64,000 bases of DNA from Diadema antillarum (Eukaryota), in contig NW_027271701.1 of NCBI RefSeq assembly GCF_040938485.1, forward strand, positions 124,001-188,000. Reading direction: 5' to 3'. The translations under genes were made by a program, and so were the position numbers. Positions 38,680-51,800 of this stretch are shown here, piece by piece; within the stretch, counting starts at the first letter, position 1; every line of letters starts with the position of its first letter. The notes below the pieces were generated by a model that saw only the letters and a program-made list of their open reading frames with translations, had not been told where the DNA came from and ran no database searches.

Positions 38680-40154
38680 ATGGGAAGGATGATGCTCCTT
38701 GCTCTATGCCTTGTCGCCGCCACTATTGGCTGTGACGCCATGCACACCGTACCAACGCTTGATGCGGGGGCGTACATTGGTCGCTGGTATCAGGTGAGAA
38801 CAGAGAGTGCATTCATGGATAATTTATCATATTTCCTCTGTATTCATTTCATCTCAATAGTGGTCTAACATTTGACATGCCCAACATGATTTTTGGAAAC
38901 ACCAACATTTGTGATGACGTGCATTAAAATTCACGCTCCTGATTTTTGTTTTTGTTTTTCTCGCAACTTCCTTATGGATGCTACTCTGTTTTGTGTCCTA
39001 ATTAGTGTTTTCCGATTACAGATACACCGGTAAATGAACACAATGTGTTCTTGTCATTTCCCGACTTCTATCGCGCACACCGTCAAGTAATGCTCGAAGA
39101 AATTCCCTTGGATCTCTTTCTAATTGTGTCTAATTTCAACAAAGGTACAAACGGACCTTCTCTACCAAAAGTTAATAATGACAAAATATCTGAAGTGGTC
39201 TATCTGAATCTGATTTTTTTTTCATCAAGACAAGACAAAACGACTATGTATAAACTCATATACACCTTGATTAGGTGCTGCTGAGTCCTATTTCATAAGA
39301 GATGTTACTATAGCAACTCTTGCTGATATGGCAACTTCCCATATAGCAACGGCTAATCAGGAAGCTGGATTCTTGTCGTTACCATGGCAATTGCCATTCC
39401 AGCAAGAGTTGCTATCATATCAACAGTTCATGAAATGGGATCCTGGCCCCAGGTCCTGGTCTTACATGGGACCAGTCGTGTGTGTATTTGGGGAGGATCA
39501 CTTCACCGAGTCATGCCCCCTGCTCTTTGCAATGAATGGATGTAGCGGGATCTTTTACTTGTGTATATTATAGAACATGACTCTCTCACGCACGAGGCCC
39601 TTCAGTTTATATCATACAGAGACAGAGTGTTTTACCCTTTACTTGATGGGAGTGCATGGTAACACGCAGCATTGCTCAGACTCTTTGGGATTCAAACCCG
39701 AGACCAAGCCCGAGCGATTGATTCCAAGACAGATATTCTAAGAACTGAGCCAACTCGCGGCCCATACTTAATGAACGCATTTTACAAAATACTCGCAGAC
39801 AATTGCAACCTATACATCCTTGATTTTGTTCATCATCTCTTTTTCTTGACCATTCTCTTCTACCAGGTTTATACTAACTACTGGGCTGATCTGTTTTCCG
39901 GCGTGATGGAACCAGATTGCGTCACGGCCGATTGTACGTATAATCAGATGTTCCTTAGATTACCAAATTAATTTAACGCCAATTCGTAAAATCAGTTTTC
40001 CCCGTTTGTTTGCTTGACAATCAAACTAGAGACCTCATTGTACGTACATAACATATTGTTAAAACCATTATAAAAGAATGAATCGTTAAAAAAATATCTT
40101 AATAGCGAAAACACTCCCCACAAATACAATATTGTATGATTTGCTGTTATAGTC

Positions 40155-40186
<32 letters not shown>

Positions 40187-41280
40187 GATAGAAAGAGGGA
40201 GAGGGAGAGGGAGGGAGAGAGCAACAAAAGAAGAGACTCAAAAACATTTATATGTCGGTATTTACTAACAAACTTGATGTCTCGTAACCAGACGGACTCG
40301 TCAATGCAACGTACGTGACCGTGTATAACGCAAATTGGCGGTTCGAAGGTAACTTCACCGACTTCATCACTGGCTATGCCTATATCCCCGACATGTCGGA
40401 CCCGGGAAAACTCAAAGTCGTTCTGGACGGGGTTCCCGTTGAAGGAGATTGTGAGTTTTTTTATATTTCTTTTGTTCTTGAATTTCCATCTACAAATTGT
40501 CACGTTGTCATTCAGGACTGAATATTGATGACGTCTTAGGAAAAACCATCGAGGGTGGCGATACACGTGGCATGACGCAATACAGACATCTTACTGTCAA
40601 TTAAAATGAAAGAATTGCTTGGCACACCGGTGGAATTAGGATTCATGGGCGGTGGAATCGAACAATTAAGATAGACATCAAAAATCTAAATGTGATTATC
40701 TACATGATTCTTGTTTACTCTTCCCAGAGTTGACATGATAAAATCTATTTTCAGCATTCGTTTTAGCATTTTCTGGATTCTTGTTACCAAGACACTTGAC
40801 ACGTGTTCGCCAGGCAACTTGATTCTGATCTCTTTCTTGTTGTGAAGGATATGATTTATATGCCTAAGTAACACTGCTGAGATGCTTTAATTATTTTGAC
40901 GAAGAATCATTTGCTCACATACCAACATTCATGATATTAACATTGTTTGATTCGTAACCTTCATTAGAATGATTTTTTCTAACGGGGTACTAAGATTCTA
41001 CCCGACTGCATCGTGATTAAAAGTATGGATGCTCTTGCCCTGTGCAGACTGGATCTTCAAGCTGGGTCCCATTGTGGAGGGGCAGTACCAGTACAGCCTC
41101 ATCACCGACGGAGAAGCGGCCCGTCAGCTCTTTGTGCTCGCCCGCGACCCGCAGGAGTTTGCCGAGCTCTACGACAAGGAAGTGATGGAGTACCTACCCC
41201 TTCAAGGTTTTACCGGCCAGCTCAAGGCTCCCTATGGCATCACGCACAACGAGGACTGTGTCTACCCGCCAACTTCTTAA
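38680..41280 (+). CDS. Secreted lipocalin (ApoD-like) gene C, 190 aa, 4 exons
   Basis: Exons 38680-38793, 39867-39933, 40292-40450, 41048-41280; GT-AG, phases 0/1/1; same motifs as gene B. Confidence 0.92.
39281..39445. mobile_element. Harbinger-like MITE (CWG flanks), intron 1 of lipocalin C
   Basis: Imperfect TIR ...tttcataag / ttcatgaaatggg. It is the reverse complement of 41849-42011 (~80% identity by eye). Confidence 0.65.
39640..39755 (-). mobile_element. tRNA-derived SINE head
   Basis: Minus strand TGGCTCAGTT (A box) ... GGGTTTGAATCCC (B box). Confidence 0.5.
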
Positions 41281-41848
41281 TAAGCATGCTGCTATCAACA
41301 AACTGTCTTTCCATGAATTAAAGATTAAAAAAGAAAAACCTCATCAAAGAATCTAATGACTTATGCCTTGTCCCCCCCCCCCCCAGAATGATGTAATGGC
41401 GTTGTTTTACAACTAACTGTTGCATGTTACGATAGTTTGCAAGCAGCTACCAGGCTTTCCCTTTTCCCATCTAACAACTTTCAGGACTATAGGCTTCATG
41501 AAAGGTGTTTGGAAAGTGATGCACAAGTAGACATTAACTTAATGGAGCTTGAAACGTTTCTTTGTTTTCGTCAAAAATATGACGAAAAATGACCAACGTA
41601 TGGACGCCAATAAGGCCAATGAGTCATCCTATCCATGGAGAAGAGAGAAAATAGTAGTACAGTGCACAAGTGACGAACTGCAGATGACGCGACAAATGTG
41701 TGTCGAGTATTCATAAATTCGAAATGTTCATCAGTCATTTCAGCCAACCAATTCACTGTCATTGAAGCTCTTTCGCGCTCACGCAGTTTAGATAGTAGTG
41801 CAAAGCATGAGATGATATTGAGGCTAGCAGACACCCAAAACAATTGTT

Positions 41849-42011
41849 CAGGGCCCCATTTCATGAAACGTTGATATGATAGCAACTCTTGCTAAAATGG
41901 CAATTGCCATAGTTACGATAAGAATCCAGCTTCCTGATTGGCTGTTGCTGTGGGAAGTTGCCATTCCAGCCAGAGTTGCCATCCTAATATCTTTTATGAA
42001 ACGGGGCCCAG
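41849..42011. mobile_element. Harbinger-like MITE (CAG/CTG flanks)
   Basis: cagggccccatttcatgaaa...ttttatgaaacggggcccag; same family as 39281-39445. Confidence 0.75.
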
Positions 42012-42687
42012 AACAGCATCATCAGTGGTTTGATAGAAGGTTTTAGCTAAGATTGTTTTGCTGTGTATAGCTGATGGGAATTGGGCATGGTAGAACTGAA
42101 TGAACATGCCTGAAGAGAGAAAATTAACAATAGTCCCATTAGTTCTTGTCAGTTTGAAGTCCTATATCATACAAAAGAATGAATATTACGTATCAGATAA
42201 CAGGAATTGGACAGCAATACAATAAGACAATGATTATTATAATGAGAGTTGCATCTTTTTCTTATTGAGACGATGTCATACTGTTAACATTTCACTGTTC
42301 ATACTTATAAGGGGCCCGTTCTTTAAAATTATGGTAACTTTACTATCAATGGTAACTTTGCAATCAGTAGTCAACATCAGTGATTTCACGGCTTTGATTG
42401 GCTATGACATATTGTTGCTATAGTAGTTAAACGTTGGTTACACAGTTACCGTTAACTGTAAAGTTACCGTGTATTTTGTAACGGGGCCTGTATTTATTGA
42501 ATTAATATCATGTTAAAAAAAGAACACTTAAACGACTGTTTCCACGGTTGTGCCTTATTACAGGGTTATTTCTAATCTTTCTTTTAAGTGATGGAATGTG
42601 TGAGAATGCGATGTTTACTGTCACTGGTTGTCTTGAGTAGTTTCATTTTGGTTGTACATTATGACAATTTCGAACTCAGCCCATGTA

Positions 42688-42856
42688 NNNNNNNNNNNNN
42701 NNNNNNNNNNNNNNNNNNNNNNNNNNNNNNNNNNNNNNNNNNNNNNNNNNNNNNNNNNNNNNNNNNNNNNNNNNNNNNNNNNNNNNNNNNNNNNNNNNNN
42801 NNNNNNNNNNNNNNNNNNNNNNNNNNNNNNNNNNNNNNNNNNNNNNNNNNNNNNNN
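42688..42856. other. Assembly gap (169 N)
   Basis: Run of N. The paralogous interval upstream of gene E is only ~50 bp. Confidence 1.
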
Positions 42857-43022
42857 TTAGAAACTCCGGTGTCATTTGAAAAACATACGGGAATAGAGAA
42901 TGTCGTAGGAAACGGGTTAACAGTGAAACCGTGAACCCCTTTTGGACAGACGTTTGTATTGGTCAATGTTTGGTTCTCTCGAAGATGCTACTCCTTGCAT
43001 TGATTTGTTCTGCTCGATATTT

Positions 43023-43059
<37 letters not shown>

Positions 43060-43484
43060 TCATTCAAAGATCAATCGTGTCATTAACGAGAAAAAGCAAT
43101 GATTACAATCTACTCTCACATCATGGACATCTAGATTTACAAAACCATGAAATGCATGATGACATTACATACAGTTACTGAAATACAACAAATATTATAT
43201 TTATTCATATTACAAAACTCTTAAAGCAACACATTGTGAGACAAATGCCCAGTCGACTGGTCAATAGAGATATAATCGTGGTCACCTTATTCGCTTATCT
43301 ATGAGCTTATCTACTCCACCCATGGGTCCTGCCGGCTTAAGTAATGCGACTGATTGTGATGTCAACAAGTGCTCTACTTCCTGCCTAGAAGAGGGATCTT
43401 ATACATGTGTAATTTAATCGCTCCTGCCACCATTGGTCCAAGAGCATCGTAAGGCATAACGCGAGCAAGGCAACTCTGCACAAA

Positions 43485-46400
43485 ATGGCGACAGCTAGGG
43501 CCCAGGTTCTTTGCTTTCTGACTCTGTGTTTACTTGGGAGCGGGAACGCAATTCATACAGTATCCAGGCTGATTCCTGAGCAGTACGTCGGAAGATGGTA
43601 TCAGGTAATAAAGTCATTCATGAAATGTTACGTTATCACTCTGACGCGTTTATTGATTGAAAAAAAAAAATGCCAGGATGATATTCAATATTCAAATGTA
43701 TATAGCTGTAAATTTGTTGACAGCTCAAATGCAAAGTATATCCTTATTTCTTATTCAAACTTGATGATTTCCTAATGTATGTACAGTGTATGTATGTATG
43801 TATGTATGTATAATGTGTGTATGTATTATATATGTAGACATACTATGCATATGTAAATAAATACATAAATCATATTTCGCAGAGTATCATGAATGTACGT
43901 AGGCTTTATTACTCTAAAGTGTAATGCCTGTGTATATGTGTGCGGGAGAAGAAAATGAGAAGCAATTAACATCATGATACATTTGATAGGCTGGTGTATA
44001 TGTTGTTAAGAGCACTTCACAGTGAACCGAGGCAGAATTAAAGCTTAAGGTATCACTATCAGCTAATGTCTTATGTACGATTGCTTGAAGAAAAAAGAAT
44101 CCCACTCAAGGGTAAGAATTTTAGATATATAGGCACCATTTGTCACAGAGGTCTAAGTTTAAACAATTAAGGGTGAGGTACTAATCTCTTTCTTCATTCA
44201 AAATGCATATAGAAGCATGTGATCATAACATTAAATCAAATTGTAAAAATTACTAAGTGATATGAAATGTCATCAAGATATAATATCTCTTTTTCAGAGA
44301 TGAATGTAGAGATATGTGTAAATATTACGTAACTATAATGTATATGTGGCACTGGGCCGATTAAAACTCCTTATTACTTCCCTCATACTGTCTTCAAAGT
44401 TCATCGATCATCGATCAATTTCCAAGTACACGTTCAAAGGGGGAAAACTTTTCTTATGTGAGTTTTGATCTCTCTCAGAATAATCCATTGATGTTGTTTT
44501 CGTAGGTTTTGACAAACGCCTACTCCGATTTTTTCACTGGTGTTGCCGAGCCAGACTGTGGGACGGCTGACTGTGAGTATAAACTTACTTTCTATTCATT
44601 GTTTCCTTTCTTTCATGCCGTTTTGTTTCTTCTTTTCCCCTTTGCTCCTCTTGGGTAAGGTCATGTGTTTGTGATTTTCTTTGACAGTTAAAACGTCCTA
44701 CACCCTTTATTATCATCAACACAGACATACATACAAGTATATTGTATTATACTCGGTATATATTTTTCTCTCTGTCTGCATAAGTAATAACAAATAGGTA
44801 AATGAATGAATGAATGAATAAATAAATAAATATATGCGTACATGAATAAAAACGTATTCAAAGAAGTAGAGAAAGAGAAAGGCAACACTTGTATATCCTC
44901 TGACACGCCTTCAGAGTGGATTTAGATATCCTCTTTAGGTGCTGTTTCAGCTGAAAAGAAAGGAAAAACTTTGCGACAAGAAAGTAATATATTTATCTTC
45001 ATGTTTTTCTTCGTCTGAGTATCAAAGCTATATATACTTCCCAGTCATACAACACAGTATCTATATATATACTGGTATATTAATTTTTTAAAATGATTTC
45101 AGAGATAAATTTGAGGAATCAATTCAAACTGGAAAATTTCTGCTCTACATTTAACGTTATCCATTTAGGTAAGGCTAACGGTTCCATTGTTTCCTGGGAG
45201 ACATGTACATATCCCTATACAAATCCTGTATCTACACACAGTCTTATAGAATGGATTATATCATATATAATATATATATAATCTGCCTTTAGACACGCTC
45301 GTCAACGAAACATACGTCACCGTGTACAACGCCAACTATCGGCTAGACGAGGGCTACACGGATGGGCTTGGGGGTTACGCGTACATTCCTGACCCGGAAA
45401 TCCCTGGGCGCCTCAAGGTGGTACTGGATGGCGTACCTGTTGAAGGAGATTGTGAGTTTATCTTCTCCCTGATATCTTACATTATTGAAATCGCAGGAAT
45501 GTTGATGCTTATTATTAAGCTAAATGTGTCTCTTTCACTCTCTGTGGTGAAGGCGTTCACTCCCTTGACACAAACTTTTCCGTTTCATAAGGAAAAAAAA
45601 AAAACAACAACGCACGTTTATAATCTTACACAGTGTTCCTATCTTTTCACCAAAGTGTTTATATCCACCTAGCTTAATTTTCGCCACCTATAGATCAATT
45701 GAAATAATAGCTTCCTATTCTTCATATTCATATTTATATTCATTTTCAGGAAATTGGGCTTTGAGGGTGATAGGATTACGATTTTGATGTGGGTTTCAGG
45801 AATGGGTTGGTGGTAGTGATAGTGTGTTTATGGTACAAGAGCTGTTACACACTTCCTGATCAATGATGACGATGAGGAAGGTATAATCACAACGATAGTG
45901 TTGTTTGAGGTAGTAGGATTAATACGACAACGATAAAGAGCTTGTTGAAACTGATTTACAAAACAATAATAATAAAAACAGCAGTTTCTTCACAAGCTGT
46001 GAAAGTATTCGAGAACGATTACGACAGCTGATCACAATGGACTGATAAAGTTCATACAAAAAGGGCAAGATATCGACGATTTTCTCAGAGAAAAGGGAAA
46101 CATAATCCTACAAAGAAAAAGATAAGAATCAAGGAGAAGAAAAGGAAATAATGTTTATATTAATGAGAAAGATGAAAGGAAATAAGACAGAGAATGAGCA
46201 GAATAAGAGAGAAGAGGATATGGGATGAAGAGGACTGAAGAGGAAATGGGGAGAGAAGAGAAAGGTATAATGAGGAAAATTACAGTGGGCCCGCACCTTT
46301 TTCAACCATCTTATCAATCTCTTTTCCAGACTGGGTGTTCAAGCTTGGTCCTACGGTTGAATCAAAATACCAGTACAGCCTGGTGACGGACGGACAGGAC

Positions 46401-46568
46401 GCGCGCCAACTCTACGTGCTCAGTCGCGACCCCGCCCAGTACTACCAGCTGTATGACTTCGAAGTGCGGGAGTACGTGGCGTTACACGGGTTCACCGGTC
46501 AGCTGAAGTCGCCATACGAAGTGCCACACCCTGCAGAGTGCGTGTACCCGCCTAGTCCAGAGGAGTGA
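43485..46568 (+). CDS. Secreted lipocalin (ApoD-like) gene D, 194 aa, 4 exons
   Basis: Exons 43485-43604, 44506-44572, 45293-45451, 46330-46568; GT-AG, phases 0/1/1. [36 protein letters not shown]. Confidence 0.92.
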
Positions 46569-48339
46569 TGTTTTGCACCCCATTCCATTCCGATTCTTTT
46601 ACCCTCTGTCTCCTGGAAGATATCAGCGATGAGAGGGGAGACACTACCGTATTGTGGTACAGGGCTTAACATTGATTTTCTCTTGATATTAAAAAGCTTG
46701 AAAATATTTGAATCAATGCAATGATGTCAGGCAATATGTGAAATTCGTTAGATGAAAGAAAATGAAATCTTATCTTAATCTGTTATTTATACTGACACGA
46801 ATTGATAACCTCTAAATGGAATCATGTTTAGCATATCATTGTTCTTTCAAGTAGCAATTTCTGGATAGACGGTAAGATAGACGGTAAAAATGTTTACCGC
46901 AGAAGGTTGAAAGAAAGAGAACCAGATCCGAGTTATTTTTATGTGAGGGACGATGCGACGTTGTATACAAAAATAACGAAAGGTTCGGACTTAAAATTAT
47001 TACAAAATTAACAATCCCTTCGAAATGACACATGTCAGAGTAATTGTGATCAATACTTAACCAGCTTGTCAATCACAATTACTCAACCAGTTTGTCAGAA
47101 TTTTACGCATGAAACTTGCTTATTTAGCATCATTTATTTATGCAAATGTATTGCTTGCAATTATTGAAAGAATGGAAACAATAAAACCAGCAGTTACGCA
47201 ACTAGCAAATACTGTTATCATCTTGTTTCTTTGTCTTAATTTCAAAATTTTAAGGGTTACTTGTTGGTATTTTACAACGTTCCTTAATTAAACCTTGGAA
47301 TAAGTGCAGTCATTTAAGAGTTCTTTTTTAAACATGATATTTATTAAATGAATACAGGCCCCGTTGCATAATACATAGTAACTGTACAATATAATGGTAA
47401 CTCTGTAACCAATAGTTTACTACCATAGCAACAAAGTGTCACAGCCAATTAAAGCCGCGGACTCACTGATGTTGACTATCACTATGATTGCAGTGTTGCC
47501 ATTTAAGTTACCATAATTTTAGATAACGGACATAGATAAATGATGTTAAATTTAATATCACTGACTGTGTTGAGTATTTTTCTTTTTTATATGGCTTTGG
47601 ATCAAAACAATTAACAATAAGACAAATTGGCTTTTCTTTAAGACAATTCCGTACCCAACTCATGTACACGTTGATTGTGAATATACTTTTACATAGATTT
47701 AACCAAACGACAATTGAAATCTCCGGTGTCTTATATGAAACATATGGGAATAAAGAATGTCGTAGGAAACGGGTTAATAGTAAAACTGCCTGAACTGCCT
47801 TTTGAACTGACTTTGGTATTGATTAATGTTTGGTTCAACCCCATCTTCCAAAGATGGTCCTCCTTGCATTGATTATGTTCGATATTTATACGTGTGTGTG
47901 TGTGTGTGTGTGTGTGTGCCCAGGAGGATCAATCGTTTCAGTTACAAGCAAAATCAGTGTTAAAAATACTTATCCTCGTAATATGGGCATCTAGATCTAT
48001 CCAAAATTATCAAATGGTATTGTGCCCAGTTACTGAAATACAACAAATTAATTAGAGTTATTCATATCACAAAACTCTTACAGTAACACGTTGTGAGCCA
48101 AATACCTAGTCAACAGTGATATAATCGTGGTCACCTTATATTCGCTTATCTTTGAGCTTGCCTTATCTCCTCCGCCCATGGCTCCTGCCGGCTTAAGTAA
48201 TGCGACTGATTGTGATGTCAATAAGTGCTCTACATCTTGCCTAGAAGAGGGATCATTTACATGTATAATTAATTGCTTCTGCCACCATCGGTCCAAGAGC
48301 ATCGTAAAGCATAACTCGAGCAAGGCAAATAAGTACAAA

Positions 48340-48826
48340 ATGGCGACCACCATGGCCCAGGTTTTTTGCTTTCTGACTCTGTGTTTACTTGCGAGCGGGA
48401 ACGCAATTCACACAGTATCCAGGCTGATTCCTGAGCAGTACGTCGGAAGATGGTATCAGGTAATAAAGTCATTCATGAAATTTTACATTATTACTTTGAT
48501 TTGTTTCTTTTTTATATATATACTCTCTAAAAAAATCGAGTGAAAATATTCACTCTTAAAAGAGTGAATACAAAAAAGAGTGAATTTCGAGTGAAATTGG
48601 AGTGAATTTTGAGTGAAAATGTTCATTTTCACTCATTTTGGAGTTACGTCAGGGATCACTCCAAAATCTTCTAGTGATCCCTGACGTCACTCCTAAATGA
48701 GTGAAAATGAGCATTTTCACTCAAAATTCACTCCAATTTCACTCGAAATTCACTCCAATTTCACTCGAAATTCACTCTTTTTTGTATTCACTCTTTTTAG
48801 AGTGAACATTTTCACTCGATTTTTTT

Positions 48827-48871
<45 letters not shown>

Positions 48872-51800
48872 GAGAATATATATATATAAAATAAACAGAA
48901 AAAGGTGATGCCAGGATGATATTCGATAGCCAATTTGATATAGCTATATATTATATTTATTGACAGCTTAATTAGTGGGGTGGCTTAGTGACAAATATAC
49001 TGATAATCGTGACACGCCGGACAAAAGTGTCATTTTTTCCTCAGACATTTGTATATATATGAGGATCAAAATTAGGGGGTGCTCCAAGAAATCCGCTAAC
49101 AGAAAAGATGAGAAAATGCCCTTAATTTGTACATAACAATAGTGTCTGAATTCAAAGACTATACACAGGGCATTCGCCAGGTTTCTGTACAATGCAATGC
49201 AATGTACATGGTTGCTAGTCTTAAAATTCAGACCCATAATACGACATATTGTGTGCATGTTTACAGTAATACACCATTTTTACTGGTTTTCCTATGGTAA
49301 CAGGTGGTTAGTCTGTGTTGCAGACCTGAGGGAGGTGTGTTGGAATAGTCCAGTTTTCTTAAGCACCTTTTCATTAAATAATTTCCTATAATTTCTGGTA
49401 AAGGATTTTTTTAGTACTGTCTACCTCCTGTAGAGAAATGGCAAAGAGTGACATGTGACTCTGGCTCAGATACTTTAAATCTTGGGCAATGACCGAGCCA
49501 GGTGTAGGACTATGTCACAGTTCATTTTTTCTCCCAGAACTACTAGTTTACCAGTAGAAGAGCTGCATATTCCATTGAGAACTTAAGGTTTTGGGTATTG
49601 ACCTACATATTTCCTAACAAATTTAACCCGTTTCCTCCAAGATTGTGTGAATTCCATAGGTTTAGCGCAGGGATTACCTGGTTCCCGTAAGCAATTTTTA
49701 TAGTCCGCACCTCCCCTCTTTATATGTTTCTTATTTCTTGTGGGGGTTATTCAAATGTTTAAAAAGGTTAAAAGTCTATTTTCATAGATGAAGTTGAATT
49801 TAGACAATTTGAATATTTTTAAAAATATATTGATATTTGTAATTTCACTCATAAAGACTTAAAGCGGTTTGAATATTTTTGGTCTGATAGCTATGTATAG
49901 ACATGTTATTAAAAAGTAAAAGCAATGTTTGATTGGTTCACATTATCCAAAGAGGGTGGGATGTAGTTGGCTGGTGAACAAAGTCTATGGGGAAGTTTAA
50001 AAAGTTGATAGAAATAAAACAAAATCGGCATAGAGCAGAATCTAAATCACAATATGATATGACAAAATTCCCGACCCCAAAGGCGGTTGATTCTATGATG
50101 CTTTATGTCAAAATACATTCCACCCAAAATACATGTGATTGATAGGAGGAAAAAGTATAGTACATTAAAAACAATATAGTTCAACTAACCCCATTAGTCG
50201 AGCAGCATAATGAAATGATTGTTAAGTTTTATCGCCTTGTCAATTGAAGATGATGTTACATAATGACAATTATCAAAGTCAGCTAGATCTACGAGTATAT
50301 CAAGAAACCAAAAAGAAGGGGTGGGGTGGGGTGGGGAGAGAAGAATGAAGTAAGTTATTAGTATTTGTAGTTTTGGTTTTCAGTATATTCATTTTAATTT
50401 CCTTAATTTCCGTTAGGTCATCATGGATTGGAGCATTTGTGTACTAGTAATCTGCCAGGAACAAACACAAGAAAAACTTAAAGGTCCTATATTATACACT
50501 TTTGGGAGAGTGACTTGAAAAAAAAAATGTTCAGGATATCACATTTTATGCATAATATGTGTAGGTCTGGGGGCATTTCATGAAGCATTTTGTCCGACAA
50601 GTTGTCGGACAAATTTGCTCTCTGCCAATCAGATGCAAGGATTTCTGTAGTTTGTAACAGTTTGTCAGAAAAATATCTGACCAAACTGCTTCATGAAATG
50701 CCCCCCTGGGGGGCATTTCATGAAGCATTTTTGTCCGACAACTTGTCGGACAAAAATGCTCTCAGCCAATCAGATGCAAGGATTTCAGTAGCTTTTAACA
50801 TTTTGTCAGACGAAATATCTGACAAAACGCTTCATGAAATGCCCCCCAGTTGTATCACAAGACATCCTACCATATACAGTTTTTGCAATCAAAGCAAACA
50901 TATAAAGAGATATCAGTATTTTTCTCATTAAAGCATAAATGCGGACGGTTTAGTCTGGAAACATGTTATCATAGAAATATTGTTCACATTTTGTGTTATT
51001 AACAATACTTAACATTGATTATACAGATTCATTTTTTACAGAGGTTCTTTGTATCCGTAACTTACACTTAAGAATAATTTTCAAGCACTAATTTTGGGTT
51101 TTTGCCTTTAATTATCCACAAAAAGGAGGACTCAGTGCATAAAAGGTGTATGCTTTATTTTTGGAAAATGTTGAGGAGATCAGGAAAATAATATATATTG
51201 ATGTAGATTTTGGACCTGAAGGAGCAGTTGAAGCATTTTTAAGAAACAATGCCTTGTGGCATCGTTCTTATCATCAAAATTAATAATGGCAAACTCAAAT
51301 GAAAATTGGAGGGGGGAAGAAAAGATGAACATAATGACATGAGACAGCTTGGTAAAGATTAAACGCTAAAATAGACAATGCAGCCTCTTTTCTCAGTTCA
51401 TACTTATCCAGAGTGTGTGCTTTCTTTCCAGTACCGGTATTATTATTTAGATAGGTTAGGGGAATCCCTTTGAATTGTGTGATACATCATTTTAAAGCTT
51501 ACAGTCTGCTCTTTCAGAATCTGTCCTTAAAGGACAAGTCCACTTTCATGCGCACGTGGATTCAGTGAATACAACAATATTAGTAGGACACATCACAGAA
51601 AGCTTGGAAAAAATCGTACAATCCGTTCAAAAGTTATGATTTTTTAAGGTATCTGCACAGTCGCGGCTGGATGAAAAGACTACCACAGTGTATGATGTCA
51701 CATGCACACATTCTAAGGAAAATGAAATGAGAATTTCACAAAACCATACTTTTTGAATAAAGTTCACATAGTTTCTTTGACTTGCTACTTACGTATGTCA

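Noticed and set aside
42588-42966. ORFs spanning the N run
   Set aside because: Artefacts of translating the assembly gap.
46566-46700. SECIS element implying selenocysteine at the TGA of D/E
   Set aside because: No AUGA...AA...GA arrangement with correct spacing found by eye.
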